Of a DNA stretch of 64,000 bases, positions 38,954 through 47,640 are shown in pieces. Source of the stretch: an uncultured Bacteroidota bacterium (lineage in GTDB: Bacteria > CLD3 > SB21 > JBBIRG01); assembly GCA_964609675.1 (NCBI GenBank), contig CAZSRX010000016.1, positions 1,659 to 65,658 on the forward strand. Direction: 5' to 3'. The stretch's first letter is position 1. The number at the start of each line of letters is the position of its first letter. The notes below the pieces were generated by a model. It saw only the letters and a program-made list of their open reading frames with translations, was not told the origin of the DNA and made no database searches. The translations under genes and the position numbers were made by a program.

Positions 38954-39988
38954 TTAATACGTGAGACGGTTGACGGTGCCGGCCAGACGGACAATCTCGG
39001 GAGCGATAGCATCGAGGGGCAGAACCTGCTCCGCCGCGCCCCGTTCGATGGCTTCCTTAGGCATACCAAATATTAGCGAAGTGGCTTCGTCCTGCGCAAT
39101 GGTATGCCCTCCGGCGTTCAGGATGGCTTTCAGCCCGCGGGCGCCATCGTGGCCCATACCGGTGAGTACAACGCCCACCGTATGATGGCGGCTGACCCGC
39201 GCCAGCGATTCCAGCAACAGATTACCCGACGGGCGTTGGCCTTCATCCGCAGGCCGGTCGCTAAGTATCAGGCGGAAGGTCTCGCTGACTTCCAGATGGC
39301 AGCCGGTGTCGGCGATGTAAACATGACCGGATTCCATAGCGACATCCGGCCGCGCCAGATGCACGTTCAACGGCGATACGTCGTCAAGCCATTCCACGAG
39401 GCCTTGAACGAATCCCTCCGCAATATGCTGCACAATCAGAACAGAAGCGGCTAAATTTTTAGGCAGTTGGCTAAGCAGTGAAGCCAGGGCGCGCGGCCCT
39501 CCGGTGGAAGCCACGATACCTACCGTTTGCGTTACCGCCGGGGGCTGGTCGTCGGCCGGCGCAGGCACATGCCGGCCCGCCAGATGCGTCACCACACGGA
39601 CTTTTGAAATCAGCTTGATTTTACGGTTAAATTCGTCGTAACGCTTAAAATTGGAAAGCACTTCCAGTTCGGGCTTTTCCAGCACTTCCAGCGCGCCCAC
39701 GGACAAGGACTGGAAAGCAATGTTTGCATCCATACTCGAAGTAATGACCAGAATCGGCGTGGGATGATAGGCCATAATCCTGCGGATGGCTTCAAGGCCG
39801 TTCATGACGGGCATGTGAATATCGATGGTGATGACGTGGGGCTTAAGCGCGGCGGCCATTTCTACGGTTTCACGGCCGTTAGTTGCGCGCCCGACTACCT
39901 GAATATCCGGATCGGTCTGCAGAATGGCTTCGATGATATCCAGCGCGGTAGGCGAATCATCGGCAATGAGTACGCGTACTTTGGACAT
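38954..39988 (-). CDS. cheB: Protein-glutamate methylesterase/glutaminase CheB (REC plus methylesterase domain)
   Basis: Receiver domain MSKVRVLIADDSPTALDIIE...DIHMPVMNG. Catalytic domain with GASTGGP/HH motifs (VASTGGPRAL, GMGHDGARGL). Confidence 0.9.
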   Translation of the reverse strand: MSKVRVLIADDSPTALDIIEAILQTDPDIQVVGRATNGRETVEMAAALKPHVITIDIHMPVMNGLEAIRRIMAYHPTPILVITSSMDANIAFQSLSVGALEVLEKPELEVLSNFKRYDEFNRKIKLISKVRVVTHLAGRHVPAPADDQPPAVTQTVGIVASTGGPRALASLLSQLPKNLAASVLIVQHIAEGFVQGLVEWLDDVSPLNVHLARPDVAMESGHVYIADTGCHLEVSETFRLILSDRPADEGQRPSGNLLLESLARVSRHHTVGVVLTGMGHDGARGLKAILNAGGHTIAQDEATSLIFGMPKEAIERGAAEQVLPLDAIAPEIVRLAGTVNRLTY

Positions 39989-40004
39989 AAAGCACCTGTT
40001 GGGT

Positions 40005-41786
40005 TTAACGGCCTAATATTTTACGCGCTTCAAGCGCAGCCATGCGTTCGATAGCGTGGACGTCCTGGAGCTCCATGATGGACGCCGCTACGTTGCGGGC
40101 GTACTCAAACGTGGTGTGGCGAATGATTTTTTTTATTTTCGGCAACATCGGCGCCAGCACGCTGAATTCCTTAAGGCCGAGGCCGAGCAGCAAAATCGTG
40201 GCGTTGGGATTGCTGGCCATTTCGCCGCACATAGAAACCGGAATGTGATGCCGTTCGCCGGTTTCAATAGTCATGCGTATCAATCGCAACACCGACGGAT
40301 GGAAACAACTGTAGATATTGGATACTTTCGGATTACCCCGGTCGGCGGCCAGCGTGTACTGAACAAGGTCATTGGTGCCGATGCTGAAAAAATCCGATTC
40401 GGTTGCCAGCACATCCGCCATCAGGGCCGCGGCAGGCGTTTCAATCATGATGCCAATCCGCGGATTTTCCTGGTACGCCAAACCTTCCTTTTGCAACTCA
40501 TGCTGGCACTGTTGAATGATTTTTTTGGCGGCGCGCACTTCCTCAATGCCGGTTATCATCGGCAGCATGATTTCAACGGGATATTTTGCGGCCAGCCGCA
40601 GGAGCGCGCGTATTTGCGGCTTAAAAAATTCCGGGCACTCCAGCCCGATACGTATGGCGCGCCATCCGAGGAACGGATTATCTTCGTGAACATAGCCGTG
40701 ATCCGTAAGGATTTCCAGCGGCACCTTGTCGCCGCCGACGTCGAACGTACGCATGACGACCGGCAGCGGCGCCAAACGCTGCGCGATAACGGCATATTGG
40801 TCATATTGCTCCCGCTCGGTGGGAATTTCACGTTTTGTGAAAAGCAGGTATTCCGTGCGGTAAAGGCCGATGCCTTCGGCGCCCAGCTGCAGGGCGGTTG
40901 GCACTTCATCCAGCAGTTCCACATTGGCCATGAGCTTAATGGCGCGGCCGTCCTGCGTGATGCAGGGCAGGGGCGCCATCGAAGCCAGCGCGCGGGTTTC
41001 CTTTTTGTGCTGTTCAATCTTGCGGCGGTATTTTTCCACGGTAGCCGGATAAGGATTCAGAATGACTTCGCCCGACTGTCCGTCCACGATTACCAGGTCG
41101 CTGTCCGCAAGAAAGCCGGTGACATTGACGATGCCGACCACGGCCGGGATATTCAGGGAGCGCGCGATGATCGCAAAATGCGACACCTGGCTGCCGGATT
41201 CGGATATGAAGCCGAGAATGCGCGCCCGGTCTATGTTCAGTATATCCGACGGTTTAATCGCGTCGGCGACTATCACCGACGGTTCTTCCACATGGATGAC
41301 GCGTTGCTGGCCGAGCAGATTGTTCAGAACACGGCGCTTAACGTCTTCGATATCCACCGCGCGCTCCCGCAGGTATTCGTTGCTCGATTTCAGAAAGCTG
41401 TTCTTGAATTTGTCCATCGTGGTCGAAAAAGCGGCCTCGGCATTGATATGTTGACCCTGGATTATCTTCAGCGTCCCGCGAATCATTTCCTCATCTTCCA
41501 GAATCAGGAAATGCGATTCCAGAATCTGGCCGTATTCCTTACCGTATTTTTTCTTAGCTTCGTCAATCTGATGATTCAGTTGTTCCCGTGTAGCTTCCAG
41601 CGCGCGTTGGAACCGTTCGGATTCCTGAAGGATATCGCCGGGAGATGTCAGTTTAAATTCGTTCACCTCCGGGATTGCGGAACGGATGATACCGACCGGT
41701 CCCAAGGCGTAACCGCCTGAGACCGCGATGCCTTTGATAATCAGTTCTTCCTGCAGGCTGATGCGTTTCTTTTTGGTATGAGGCAT
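40005..41786 (-). CDS. ptsI: Phosphoenolpyruvate-protein phosphotransferase (PTS Enzyme I)
   Basis: N-terminal HPr-binding domain. Phospho-histidine domain (GSQVSHFAIIARSLNIPAVVG). PEP-utilising TIM-barrel domain (CGEMA). 593 aa. Confidence 0.9.
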   Translation of the reverse strand: MPHTKKKRISLQEELIIKGIAVSGGYALGPVGIIRSAIPEVNEFKLTSPGDILQESERFQRALEATREQLNHQIDEAKKKYGKEYGQILESHFLILEDEEMIRGTLKIIQGQHINAEAAFSTTMDKFKNSFLKSSNEYLRERAVDIEDVKRRVLNNLLGQQRVIHVEEPSVIVADAIKPSDILNIDRARILGFISESGSQVSHFAIIARSLNIPAVVGIVNVTGFLADSDLVIVDGQSGEVILNPYPATVEKYRRKIEQHKKETRALASMAPLPCITQDGRAIKLMANVELLDEVPTALQLGAEGIGLYRTEYLLFTKREIPTEREQYDQYAVIAQRLAPLPVVMRTFDVGGDKVPLEILTDHGYVHEDNPFLGWRAIRIGLECPEFFKPQIRALLRLAAKYPVEIMLPMITGIEEVRAAKKIIQQCQHELQKEGLAYQENPRIGIMIETPAAALMADVLATESDFFSIGTNDLVQYTLAADRGNPKVSNIYSCFHPSVLRLIRMTIETGERHHIPVSMCGEMASNPNATILLLGLGLKEFSVLAPMLPKIKKIIRHTTFEYARNVAASIMELQDVHAIERMAALEARKILGR

Positions 41787-41818
41787 GCGATCGTTCCGTG
41801 TCAGGGTGTAGAGATCAT

Positions 41819-42085
41819 TTAATCTTCATAAAATTTTTGCTGGAACAGTTCCACGATGGCTTCCATTGCGCCGGCTTCGTCGGGGCCTTCGGTGCGTATC
41901 CGTACGATACTGCCCATCGCAGCGGCCAGCATCATCACGCTCATGATACTTTTCGCGTTCACCTCGGTGCCGTCGCAGGAAAGAAAGACGTCGGAGTTAA
42001 ACCGGCTGGCGGTTTTGACCAGCAGGGCCGACGGGCGGGCGTGAATCCCCGCTTTATTGATCACTTCAACATCTTGTTCGAGCAT
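41819..42085 (-). CDS. ptsH: Phosphocarrier protein HPr
   Basis: An 88-aa frame from ATG 42085 (MLEQDVEVINKAGIHARPSALLV...) carrying the active-site His15 context GIHARP. The 126-aa ORF in the track is an upstream extension. Confidence 0.8.
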   Translation of the reverse strand: MLEQDVEVINKAGIHARPSALLVKTASRFNSDVFLSCDGTEVNAKSIMSVMMLAAAMGSIVRIRTEGPDEAGAMEAIVELFQQKFYED

Positions 42086-42117
42086 GGCGGTTCCAGAGCG
42101 CAAAGAATGGGTTGCGG

Positions 42118-43098
42118 TTAATACTGCCGTTTCCACATGCGGATAGTCAGTTCGACCAGTTGCCGGCGGGCTGGCGAATCCGGAAACGCCGCCAGGCATT
42201 GCATCGCGTCGCGTAGGTGCCGGTCCACGACCGACTCAATTTGGTGTCGGATGCGGCTGGCCGTAAGAAATTCATTGAATGTTTTCAGCGCTTCCAGATG
42301 AACGTTTTTCGGATTATCCGGATGAAATTTTTCCAGCAGGCGCCGGCCGTCGGGATGCTGATCGGCGAGGATAGTCACGTAGGTTTTTTTCTTCTCAATG
42401 AGATCGCTGCCGATGTCTTTGCCGAAGGTTTTCTCGTCGCCGGTAACGTCGAGCAGGTCGTCCTGAATCTGAAACGCGGTGCCGAAATGGCGGCCGTAAT
42501 CGGAGGCCATGCGCACAAAGGCGGCGCGGGCCCCGCTGAGCGCCACGCCCAGATGCATCGATACCCGGAACAGCGCGGCCGTCTTTTTCCGGATCATATC
42601 GAGGTAGGCTTTCAGGGAAATTTTTTTCTGCGATTCAAATTCCTTGTCCAGCGCCTGACCCTCGCAGAGTTCGATAAAACCTTCGGAGAATATTTCCACA
42701 ATTTCCTGCAGTTTCGGCGTATCGCACGCGCTCAGGCTTTTGTAGGCGATGGCGGCCAGCAGGTCGCCGCTCAGGATGGCCACGTTCACGTCCCATCGCT
42801 TATGCAACGTCGGACGACCGCGGCGAAGATCGTCATTATCCATGATATCATCATGCACCAAAGAGAAATTGTGCAGAATCTCTACGGCGGCGGCCGCCGG
42901 AAGCGCTTTCCGGTAATCCGGTTTGTGCAGCGCATAAGCCAGCAGCGTCATCACCGCGCGGAGCCGTTTGCCGCCTCCGGTGAACAGGTACCGCGCCGGA
43001 TCGTAAAGGGTTTTCGGATTGGGCTTACTTATATATCCATCAATGGTTTTCTGGATATCCCTGATGATTTTCTCAATATTGATTTTTGCCGTTTCCAA
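42118..43098 (-). CDS. Polyprenyl diphosphate synthase (trans-isoprenyl diphosphate synthase family, IspB/GGPPS-like)
   Basis: First Asp-rich motif LVHDDIMDNDDLRRGRPT and second motif IQDDLLDVTGD. TTG start at 43098. Confidence 0.8.
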   Translation of the reverse strand: METAKINIEKIIRDIQKTIDGYISKPNPKTLYDPARYLFTGGGKRLRAVMTLLAYALHKPDYRKALPAAAAVEILHNFSLVHDDIMDNDDLRRGRPTLHKRWDVNVAILSGDLLAAIAYKSLSACDTPKLQEIVEIFSEGFIELCEGQALDKEFESQKKISLKAYLDMIRKKTAALFRVSMHLGVALSGARAAFVRMASDYGRHFGTAFQIQDDLLDVTGDEKTFGKDIGSDLIEKKKTYVTILADQHPDGRRLLEKFHPDNPKNVHLEALKTFNEFLTASRIRHQIESVVDRHLRDAMQCLAAFPDSPARRQLVELTIRMWKRQY

Positions 43099-43360
43099 TA
43101 TGAATTCTCTGATTTGTTAGTATCTTTAGATTAAATTTTAATGAATATGTATAAGATAATCAAGATAATAAATTATTCCGTTTTTCGGTTATTTAAATAT
43201 TACCGCTGGCAATAACGTGTATATTCGGTTTTTACTAAGTAAAATTTCACGTCCAGATTAAAAATAAATTTTTAGTTTTTTTGGAAAGTAAGCATGGTAA
43301 AAATGATTTTAAGGTTTAATTCGATTGATTATCCTTTTCTGCACGTTTTGGATAGACTGT

Positions 43361-43384
43361 AAGTGGTATAAGGTGGTACGGTGT
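43361..43384 (+). promoter_or_regulatory. Upstream set of phased GTGG(TA) direct repeats; candidate distal MraZ box
   Basis: GTGGTA at 43363 and 43373 (10-bp phasing), plus a degenerate GGTG at 43380. Lies in the AT-rich region 130 bp upstream of mraZ. Confidence 0.35.
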
Positions 43385-43480
43385 TTTTTTTTAAAGAAAA
43401 CAATTGTTTTACCCTTAATTATTAAAATAATTGAAATTATATAATTTTTCTCTTGACTTTTAGGTATAAATAGTTGAATT

Positions 43481-43508
43481 TAGTGGTAAAAAGTGGTATA
43501 AAGTGGAA
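43481..43508 (+). promoter_or_regulatory. Three 10-bp-phased AGTGGTA(A/T)A direct repeats abutting the mraZ start; candidate MraZ operator
   Basis: GTGG at 43483, 43493 and 43503, exactly one helical turn apart, ending 5 nt before the mraZ ATG (43513). E. coli MraZ binds three direct repeats phased 10 bp apart in the Pmra region. Confidence 0.55.
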
Positions 43509-43512
43509 TATT

Positions 43513-43950
43513 ATGGCTTCTTTTAAAGGCACTTACAGTCATATACTTGAGCCAAAAAACCGAATCAGTATTCCGGCAAAAATGCGGAACAGCCTGGTTC
43601 CGGAGGATAACAACACGCTGGTTATGACGCGCGGATTTGAGCAGTGCATCTACATTTACCCGCTGACGGAGTGGAAAAAGATGGAAGACAAAATCCGCAC
43701 GCTGTCCGTGATGGATTCGGATACCCGAAAGTTCATCCGTCTGATACTCGGGCACGCTCAGGAATACGAATGCGACAAGCAGGGAAGGATTGTCCTGCCG
43801 CAGAACCTGCTGACCTACGCCAATATTGAAAAAGACGTCATCATCATCGGTATGCTTAACTGGATGGAGGTGTGGAATCCCGCGCTGTATGAAAGCGTCC
43901 ACCAATCCTTCGATCTGGAAAAGACTGCCGAGAAGATGATGATTTTTTAA
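43513..43950 (+). CDS. mraZ: Transcriptional regulator MraZ
   Basis: Tandem MraZ/SpoVT-AbrB half-domains (FKGTYSHILEPKNRISIPAKMR; ...KQGRIVLPQNL). First gene of the dcw cluster. The ORF track starts 13 codons earlier at 43474, which would cover the repeats. Confidence 0.85.
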   Translation: MASFKGTYSHILEPKNRISIPAKMRNSLVPEDNNTLVMTRGFEQCIYIYPLTEWKKMEDKIRTLSVMDSDTRKFIRLILGHAQEYECDKQGRIVLPQNLLTYANIEKDVIIIGMLNWMEVWNPALYESVHQSFDLEKTAEKMMIF

Positions 43951-43965
43951 TTCAGGAACTTCCGC

Positions 43966-44898
43966 ATGCCGTTTGAACATGAAATGAAGAACGCCGAGAC
44001 CGGTTACCATGTACCGGTGATGCGGCAAGAAGTCATCGACTGGCTGGCCGTGGAGGCCGACCATGTGATTGTGGACGCGACACTGGGCGGCGGCGGCCAT
44101 ACGGAAGCGATCCTAAACGCCGAGCCGCATTGCCGGGTTGTCGGGCTGGATGCCGATCCCGACGCCATTCGATTTGCTTCGGAACGGTTGAAAAAGTTCG
44201 GCGAACGCTTCATACCGCGGATGGTTAATTTCAGGGACATCAAAGATGTTTTGAGCGATTTGAATATAGCTTCGGTCAACGGGATTCTGATGGATCTGGG
44301 CGTATCGTCGTTTCAGCTCGACCGGTCGGAGCGCGGATTCAGTTACCGTCACGACAAGCCTCTGGATATGCGGTTCAGCGACCGCCAGACGCTGACGGCC
44401 GCCCGGATTATTCAGACGTATCCGGAAGCGAAACTGGCCGATATTTTTTTTCATTACGGCGAGGAACGGCATTCCAGGCGTATCGCGCGCGCCATCGTGC
44501 GCCAGCGGGGTTTTCACGAAATTAAAACGACGCATGATCTTGCGGAAGCGGTACGCAGCGCTGTTGGCCCCAGGTTTGTCAATAAAACGCTTTCAAGGGT
44601 TTTTCAGTCCCTGCGCATCGAAGTCAACGGGGAATTGGAAAATCTGAAGCACGCCCTGTCGGCGGCGCTGTCGGTGCTGAAATCAGGCGGACGCATTGTC
44701 GTGATTGCCTACCATTCACTGGAAGACCGTATCGTTAAAAATTTTTTTAAAGCCCATACCCATTCCGAACGGGATCCGCTGGAACTGCATCGCCTGACGG
44801 TGCTGACCAAAAAACCGGTGGTGCCCTCCGAAGAGGAAGTTAAAAATAATCCGCGTGCCCGAAGCGCCAAACTGCGGGTCGCTGAACGGACCATATAA
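43966..44898 (+). CDS. rsmH: 16S rRNA (cytosine1402-N4)-methyltransferase
   Basis: YHVPVMRQEVIDWL, SAM-binding DATLGGGGH, and MDLGVSSFQLD. Confidence 0.9.
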   Translation: MPFEHEMKNAETGYHVPVMRQEVIDWLAVEADHVIVDATLGGGGHTEAILNAEPHCRVVGLDADPDAIRFASERLKKFGERFIPRMVNFRDIKDVLSDLNIASVNGILMDLGVSSFQLDRSERGFSYRHDKPLDMRFSDRQTLTAARIIQTYPEAKLADIFFHYGEERHSRRIARAIVRQRGFHEIKTTHDLAEAVRSAVGPRFVNKTLSRVFQSLRIEVNGELENLKHALSAALSVLKSGGRIVVIAYHSLEDRIVKNFFKAHTHSERDPLELHRLTVLTKKPVVPSEEEVKNNPRARSAKLRVAERTI

Positions 44899-44916
44899 GA
44901 AAGCGGGAATTCGTCC

Positions 44917-45459
44917 ATGCCTTCACGCTATACGCCTTTAACAGGATTCGACGTCAACGATAAAAAATTTTTTATTCCGGATGAACCCATACTGCCCCGG
45001 ATAACCGAGCCGGAAATCAAACCGTCCGGGGCGTATAAGAAATTTTCCCGGAAACCGGTCACGCCAGCGCCCAAGCCGGAGCCGGTTTCATCCGGACAGG
45101 CCTCCGCAGAAACCGAAACGCCCCCTGTTCCTACACCTTCGTTGCGTCTGCTGAAAGTGTACGCATGGATATTTCTTGTCGCCTTGATGATGACCCTGTG
45201 GATATGGGAAATCGCTTCGATGCGAAATACCTTGCTTGATATCGAAATATTGAAAGACAAAAAGCTCGAAATAGAAAAAACCAACGAAGCGATACGCGCC
45301 GATATCGCGCGCCTGTCCGGTTACCAGCGCCTAGAGAAAACGGCTACCGAACAGTTGCATCTCCGGCCGGCCAAAGAAAAGCCCGGCGTTCTGCTGGTGG
45401 ATTCCGAAAAGTGGCGGCAGGCTCTTGCGACGGACAGTTTGTACCGTCTGGAACCTTGA
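44917..45459 (+). CDS. ftsL: Putative cell-division protein FtsL with a proline-rich N-terminal extension
   Basis: Occupies the conserved position between rsmH and ftsI. Single TM helix (VYAWIFLVALMMTLWIW) followed by a coiled-coil segment. Assignment is by synteny and topology. Confidence 0.5.
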   Translation: MPSRYTPLTGFDVNDKKFFIPDEPILPRITEPEIKPSGAYKKFSRKPVTPAPKPEPVSSGQASAETETPPVPTPSLRLLKVYAWIFLVALMMTLWIWEIASMRNTLLDIEILKDKKLEIEKTNEAIRADIARLSGYQRLEKTATEQLHLRPAKEKPGVLLVDSEKWRQALATDSLYRLEP

Positions 45460-45468
45460 GAGGATACG

Positions 45469-47625
45469 ATGAAAACGAAAGAACCTATAACCAATACGGC
45501 CCGTTTTACGCGCAAGCGTGTCATACGCCTGCGCACGCTCATCCTGGGCTTGCTGCTGATGACGGTTGTTATTGTCATCCGTCTGGCGGCGATTCAGGTT
45601 GTCGATCACGACCGGTACCAGCAAATGGCCCGACAGCAGTATGAGCGGAAAGTGACGCTTGAAGCCGAACGCGGCACTATATATGACCGCAACATGCAGA
45701 AAATTGCCGTAAATCTTATTCAATATGCGTATGCGGCGGATCCGAGTTTTATGAAAGAAGAAGACAAAGACGCCGTGGCCGATAACCTGGCCCGCGTCTT
45801 TAAGAAATCAAGGACTGAATACCGCAAACTGCTTGCGAAGAAAACCGCTTTCGTCTGGCTTGAACGTTCCGCGACCGTCCAGCAGTCGGAACGCATCCGC
45901 GATTCCGTACCGGGCCTGATCAAATTGCAGTCTTTGCGCCGTTATTATCCGTTCGGAAAAGCTACGGCTCCGGTGGTGGGCATTACCGACATTGATAATC
46001 GCGGCATCAGCGGCATCGAATCCGCCATGGACTCCCTGATCAGCGGGCATCACGGATGGGCTATTCTGCAGGCCGACGCGCGGGGCCGGCTGGCGCCAAA
46101 TCCTGAATATCCGCATCAGGAACCCATTAACGGCCAGGATGTTATCTTAACCATCGATGCGCAGTACCAGACGGTGGCGTTGCAGGAACTGGAAAAGTCC
46201 ATCGAGGAATACGGCGCGGAAAGCGGCATGGCCGTTATCCTGTCTCCTAAAACCGGTGAAATTCTGGCGATGGTCAACGCGCCGTCGTTCGATCCCAATC
46301 AGCGGGAGCAAATCAGGCCGGAACTGATGCGCAACCGGATTATTACCGACCTGTACGAACCCGGTTCCACATTCAAGGCCATTTCCGCCGTCGCCGCTAT
46401 TGAAGAGCGCGTCGTCAGTCCCGGTGATGCCATTTACTGCGAGAACGGCAAAATTCGCCTGTACAATCATATAATACATGACAGCAAGCCGCACCGGACC
46501 CTGACCTTTACGCAGGTCGTGGAACAGTCCAGCAATATCGGCATCATCAAGACGATACAGAAAGTCGGCGATGAAAAGTTATACCAATATGCGCGCGCCT
46601 TCGGATTCGGTAATGAAACCGGGATTGACATGGACGGCGAAGTCCGCGGGGTGCTGCAGCATCCGTCAAAATGGTCGGGGCTGTCGCTACCGATGATTGC
46701 GATCGGGCAGGAAATATCCGTCACAGCCCTCCAACTCGCCAATGCGTACGCCGCGATTGCCAACGGCGGAGCGCTCAACCGTCCGTATGTTGTCAAAGGC
46801 ACGGTGGATCCGCTGACGCATATTGTCACCGAGCATGAACCGCAAACGCTCCGAACGGTGGCTTCTGCAGGCACCATGCAGAAAGTTACCGCCATGCTGC
46901 GTCAGGTAGTGGTTTCCGGTACCGGCCAGCGCGTTAAAATATCCGGTGTGGACATTGCCGGAAAAACCGGAACGGCGCAGCGCGTTAATCAGGGACAGAA
47001 AGGATATGCACAGGGTCAGTACAACGCATCGTTTGTGGGATTCTTTCCCGTGCAGGATCCGCAACTGGTGTTTCTGGTGATTGTCAGCAATCCGAAGAAA
47101 AGCATTTGGGGTGAAACCTCGGCTGCGCTGACCGCCCGGGCGATCATTGAACGGATTCTCAACAGCTCCGATGAAATGGCGCGCACCATTAACCGCGTGA
47201 TCGCCGAAGCCGATACCATCGGGAATTCGCCGTCCGGCACGGACACGGATTTGCCCGATGTGACCTATATGGCGGCCGATGAAGCCCTGAAACTGCTGGA
47301 TCAAATGGATATCCGTTACCGCGTTACCGGCAGCGGGGAGCGTATTGTGGAGCAAAAATGGAAAGCCGGTACAGAGGGACGCGAATTATGGCTGGTGCGC
47401 GGCTCCCAGTACGGCCCGGTCAATACCGCCGTTCTGGACGATGACAGCCGGACCCGCCTGCCCGACGTCCGCGGATTGAGCGTGCGCGAAGCTTTAAACC
47501 GGCTCTACCAGTCGGGCGTGGAGGTACGCGTCAAAGGTAACGGCTTCGTCATCGCGCAGTCGCCCTCCGGCGGGCGCCTGGTTAAATCCAACAGCATCTG
47601 CACGATACAGTGTCGGCCGCAATAG
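45469..47625 (+). CDS. ftsI: Peptidoglycan D,D-transpeptidase FtsI (PBP3 class) with a C-terminal PASTA domain
   Basis: N-terminal TM helix and PBP dimerisation domain. Transpeptidase motifs STFK (YEPGSTFKAIS), SSN (EQSSNIG), KTGT (AGKTGTAQ). Terminal PASTA-like domain (LPDVRGLSVREALNRL...VKGNGFVIAQSP). Confidence 0.85.
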   Translation: MKTKEPITNTARFTRKRVIRLRTLILGLLLMTVVIVIRLAAIQVVDHDRYQQMARQQYERKVTLEAERGTIYDRNMQKIAVNLIQYAYAADPSFMKEEDKDAVADNLARVFKKSRTEYRKLLAKKTAFVWLERSATVQQSERIRDSVPGLIKLQSLRRYYPFGKATAPVVGITDIDNRGISGIESAMDSLISGHHGWAILQADARGRLAPNPEYPHQEPINGQDVILTIDAQYQTVALQELEKSIEEYGAESGMAVILSPKTGEILAMVNAPSFDPNQREQIRPELMRNRIITDLYEPGSTFKAISAVAAIEERVVSPGDAIYCENGKIRLYNHIIHDSKPHRTLTFTQVVEQSSNIGIIKTIQKVGDEKLYQYARAFGFGNETGIDMDGEVRGVLQHPSKWSGLSLPMIAIGQEISVTALQLANAYAAIANGGALNRPYVVKGTVDPLTHIVTEHEPQTLRTVASAGTMQKVTAMLRQVVVSGTGQRVKISGVDIAGKTGTAQRVNQGQKGYAQGQYNASFVGFFPVQDPQLVFLVIVSNPKKSIWGETSAALTARAIIERILNSSDEMARTINRVIAEADTIGNSPSGTDTDLPDVTYMAADEALKLLDQMDIRYRVTGSGERIVEQKWKAGTEGRELWLVRGSQYGPVNTAVLDDDSRTRLPDVRGLSVREALNRLYQSGVEVRVKGNGFVIAQSPSGGRLVKSNSICTIQCRPQ

Positions 47626-47640
47626 AACGATGAACGAATT

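Noticed and set aside
43453-43471. TTGACT ... TATAAAT read as a sigma-70 promoter for mraZ
   Set aside because: The two hexamers are only 6 bp apart (17 bp expected). Bacteroidota-type promoters use a different consensus, so no promoter call was made.
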